Both the position numbers and the translations under genes were made by a program. From contig CAVHKC010000001.1 of the NCBI GenBank assembly GCA_963636455.1, positions 1-27,698 of the forward strand: 27,698 nt of DNA, given 5' to 3'. This document shows positions 26,240-27,698 of this stretch, one piece after another. Positions within the stretch are counted from its first letter, which is position 1. Every line of letters begins with the position of its first letter. The notes below the pieces were generated by a model that was not told the DNA's origin, did not search any database, and worked only from the letters and a program-made list of their open reading frames with translations. Origin of the DNA: Ruthenibacterium lactatiformans (GTDB taxonomy: Bacteria; Bacillota; Clostridia; Lachnospirales; Lachnospiraceae).

Positions 26240-27697
26240 TTAAAGCGGCTGAACCGGTTCTTTTTCAACCGTCGTCACATACCACTCGGCCTCTACCGCA
26301 GCGACCATTTCTCCGCCATAATAAAATTCAATCGCATTTGTCAGTTCGTTCCTCTTGAAACCGTCCGAAAGGCAATACGCTCCCTTGGGTTTCTTTGCAA
26401 CGCTGACATTTTCAAGCCTGTAACCAAGCTTTGAAACCAGTTCGCAGCATGAAAGCTCCGGATATGATGTAAGAATCTTTGGTGCTTCCCTCAGTTCGGG
26501 CGGAAGCGGTATATTTTCATCAATTTCGTCTGAAAGCCTGAATCGTTCCACATTCAGCATGTATTCATTTTTTTTGTGAATTATCTCCACTCGGAGCGGA
26601 AAATCGTCCTTGAAAAGCTGTGGCAAAAAAAGCGGAAAATTTGATTTCACTTCTGTTTTGTTCATATCAAGGCAAAGCCTGTCCGCTATTTTTTCGAGTT
26701 CCCTTTCAATAGCTGTGCGGACTGATTTGTCGTTTCGCGATTCGAATTCTGCGCACCGCTTTTTTATTGCAAAATCAGCTTCAAGATAGTATCTGTATGC
26801 ATCTCGCACGCTTATGTCGGTCACAAGCTTATCCCTGCATATATTCCCCATGCGAAGCGCATAATCGGCAAACTTGCAGTCGTAATAGCCCATGCAGAAA
26901 TCATGCATTGTGTCCGTATAACCGTCTATTATAAGCTTTATTCCGAGGTCAAGATTTTGCGGTATTCCACGGCCGTATATAAGCATATCTCCGATTTTAT
27001 ATATAGATTCATCCTCACCGCCAATCATTCCGATGGTAAAATATTTAAAAGCCTTTTCAAAATCGGGAACCCCGCCTGTCGTCCGCCCGTAATAATAAAT
27101 ATATCCCAGTGAGTTTGCCATGGCCGGACTGCCTGTTTCTTCAAACACATCAAGCATGGCTTCTTCTGCATTTCTCCAATTTTGCGGAAACGCACGCGAA
27201 CCTGAATAATAAGAAAATGCCATTGTTTCCTGAGCCATAATATCGCCTTTTTGCGCAAGCTCGATAAGAAACTGTTTGTATTTATTCAGTTCGAAATTCG
27301 TAAGCTTATCCATTCTTGTTTCGCATGCACAAATATATGACCTTTTCTGCATGTCGGAATAGACATTGTTCCATGGCTCTTTCTTTTTTATTTTATAGCC
27401 TTTGATTCGCTCCAAAATATCTTGACACACCGCAAAATATCCGGGGCTTTCCGAATTTTCTTCATTTTCCGCATCAATGTCCCATGCAGGTTCATTTTCG
27501 ATTTTCACGGAATGCTTCTCGATATCTTCTCTTTCGGAAAAATCCCTTTCCATTCTCCAATAAAGCTTTTCTGTCATTGTGAATGCAATAGCGAAGATTT
27601 CATCTTCGGTTTCCGGTATGACATCGGGTTCAATCAGTTCAAGCCGTGAATCAATCAAAAGACTGTCGTAAAAAACATTTGAAATAAGCCAGAACCA
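26240..27697 (-). CDS. Sel1-like repeat protein, 5'-partial
   Basis: Repeats such as ANSLGYIYYYG...DFEKAFKYF and IYKIGDMLIYGRGIPQNLDLG. The frame stays open upstream of TTG 27658 to the window edge (WFWLISNVFYDSLL). Confidence 0.8.
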   Translation of the reverse strand, partial: WFWLISNVFYDSLLIDSRLELIEPDVIPETEDEIFAIAFTMTEKLYWRMERDFSEREDIEKHSVKIENEPAWDIDAENEENSESPGYFAVCQDILERIKGYKIKKKEPWNNVYSDMQKRSYICACETRMDKLTNFELNKYKQFLIELAQKGDIMAQETMAFSYYSGSRAFPQNWRNAEEAMLDVFEETGSPAMANSLGYIYYYGRTTGGVPDFEKAFKYFTIGMIGGEDESIYKIGDMLIYGRGIPQNLDLGIKLIIDGYTDTMHDFCMGYYDCKFADYALRMGNICRDKLVTDISVRDAYRYYLEADFAIKKRCAEFESRNDKSVRTAIERELEKIADRLCLDMNKTEVKSNFPLFLPQLFKDDFPLRVEIIHKKNEYMLNVERFRLSDEIDENIPLPPELREAPKILTSYPELSCCELVSKLGYRLENVSVAKKPKGAYCLSDGFKRNELTNAIEFYYGGEMVAAVEAEWYVTTVEKEPVQPL

Positions 27698-27698
27698 C

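Noticed and set aside
12309..26434. Long antisense ORFs (for example 12309-12929, 15767-16399, 16598-17131, 25763-26434)
   Set aside because: Shadow frames opposite conserved genes.

Overview
A mostly housekeeping chromosomal window from an anaerobic Bacillota organism. A Clostridia/Lachnospiraceae-like origin is inferred from gene content, not from a database search. From left to right it holds: a damaged pair of genes (C-terminally truncated AHL-lactonase-like metallo-beta-lactamase joined to an N-terminally truncated Zn-dependent dehydrogenase); ybaK; a soluble family I pyrophosphatase; a K+-dependent membrane pyrophosphatase transcribed divergently from a trimeric electron-bifurcating-type [FeFe]-hydrogenase operon (hydC-hydB-hydA) with a Rex-like operator between them; a class II aldolase; tRNA-Leu(CAG); rpsT; an AIM24/TIGR00266 protein; a large lipase-domain membrane protein; a TIGR01212 radical SAM protein; a phospho-sugar mutase; and a long minus-strand run (Sel1-repeat protein, MATE, mscL, murA, SAM-I riboswitch, metK, proS, cca). 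I found no integrase, transposase or CRISPR array. The most unexplained signal is non-coding: a 223-nt rod-like imperfect hairpin at 18070-18292. Its G-U wobbles favour a + strand RNA, a promoter-like sequence sits just upstream, and its 3' arm is followed by a diverged duplicate. All pairings and motifs were read by eye; no folding program or homology search was run.
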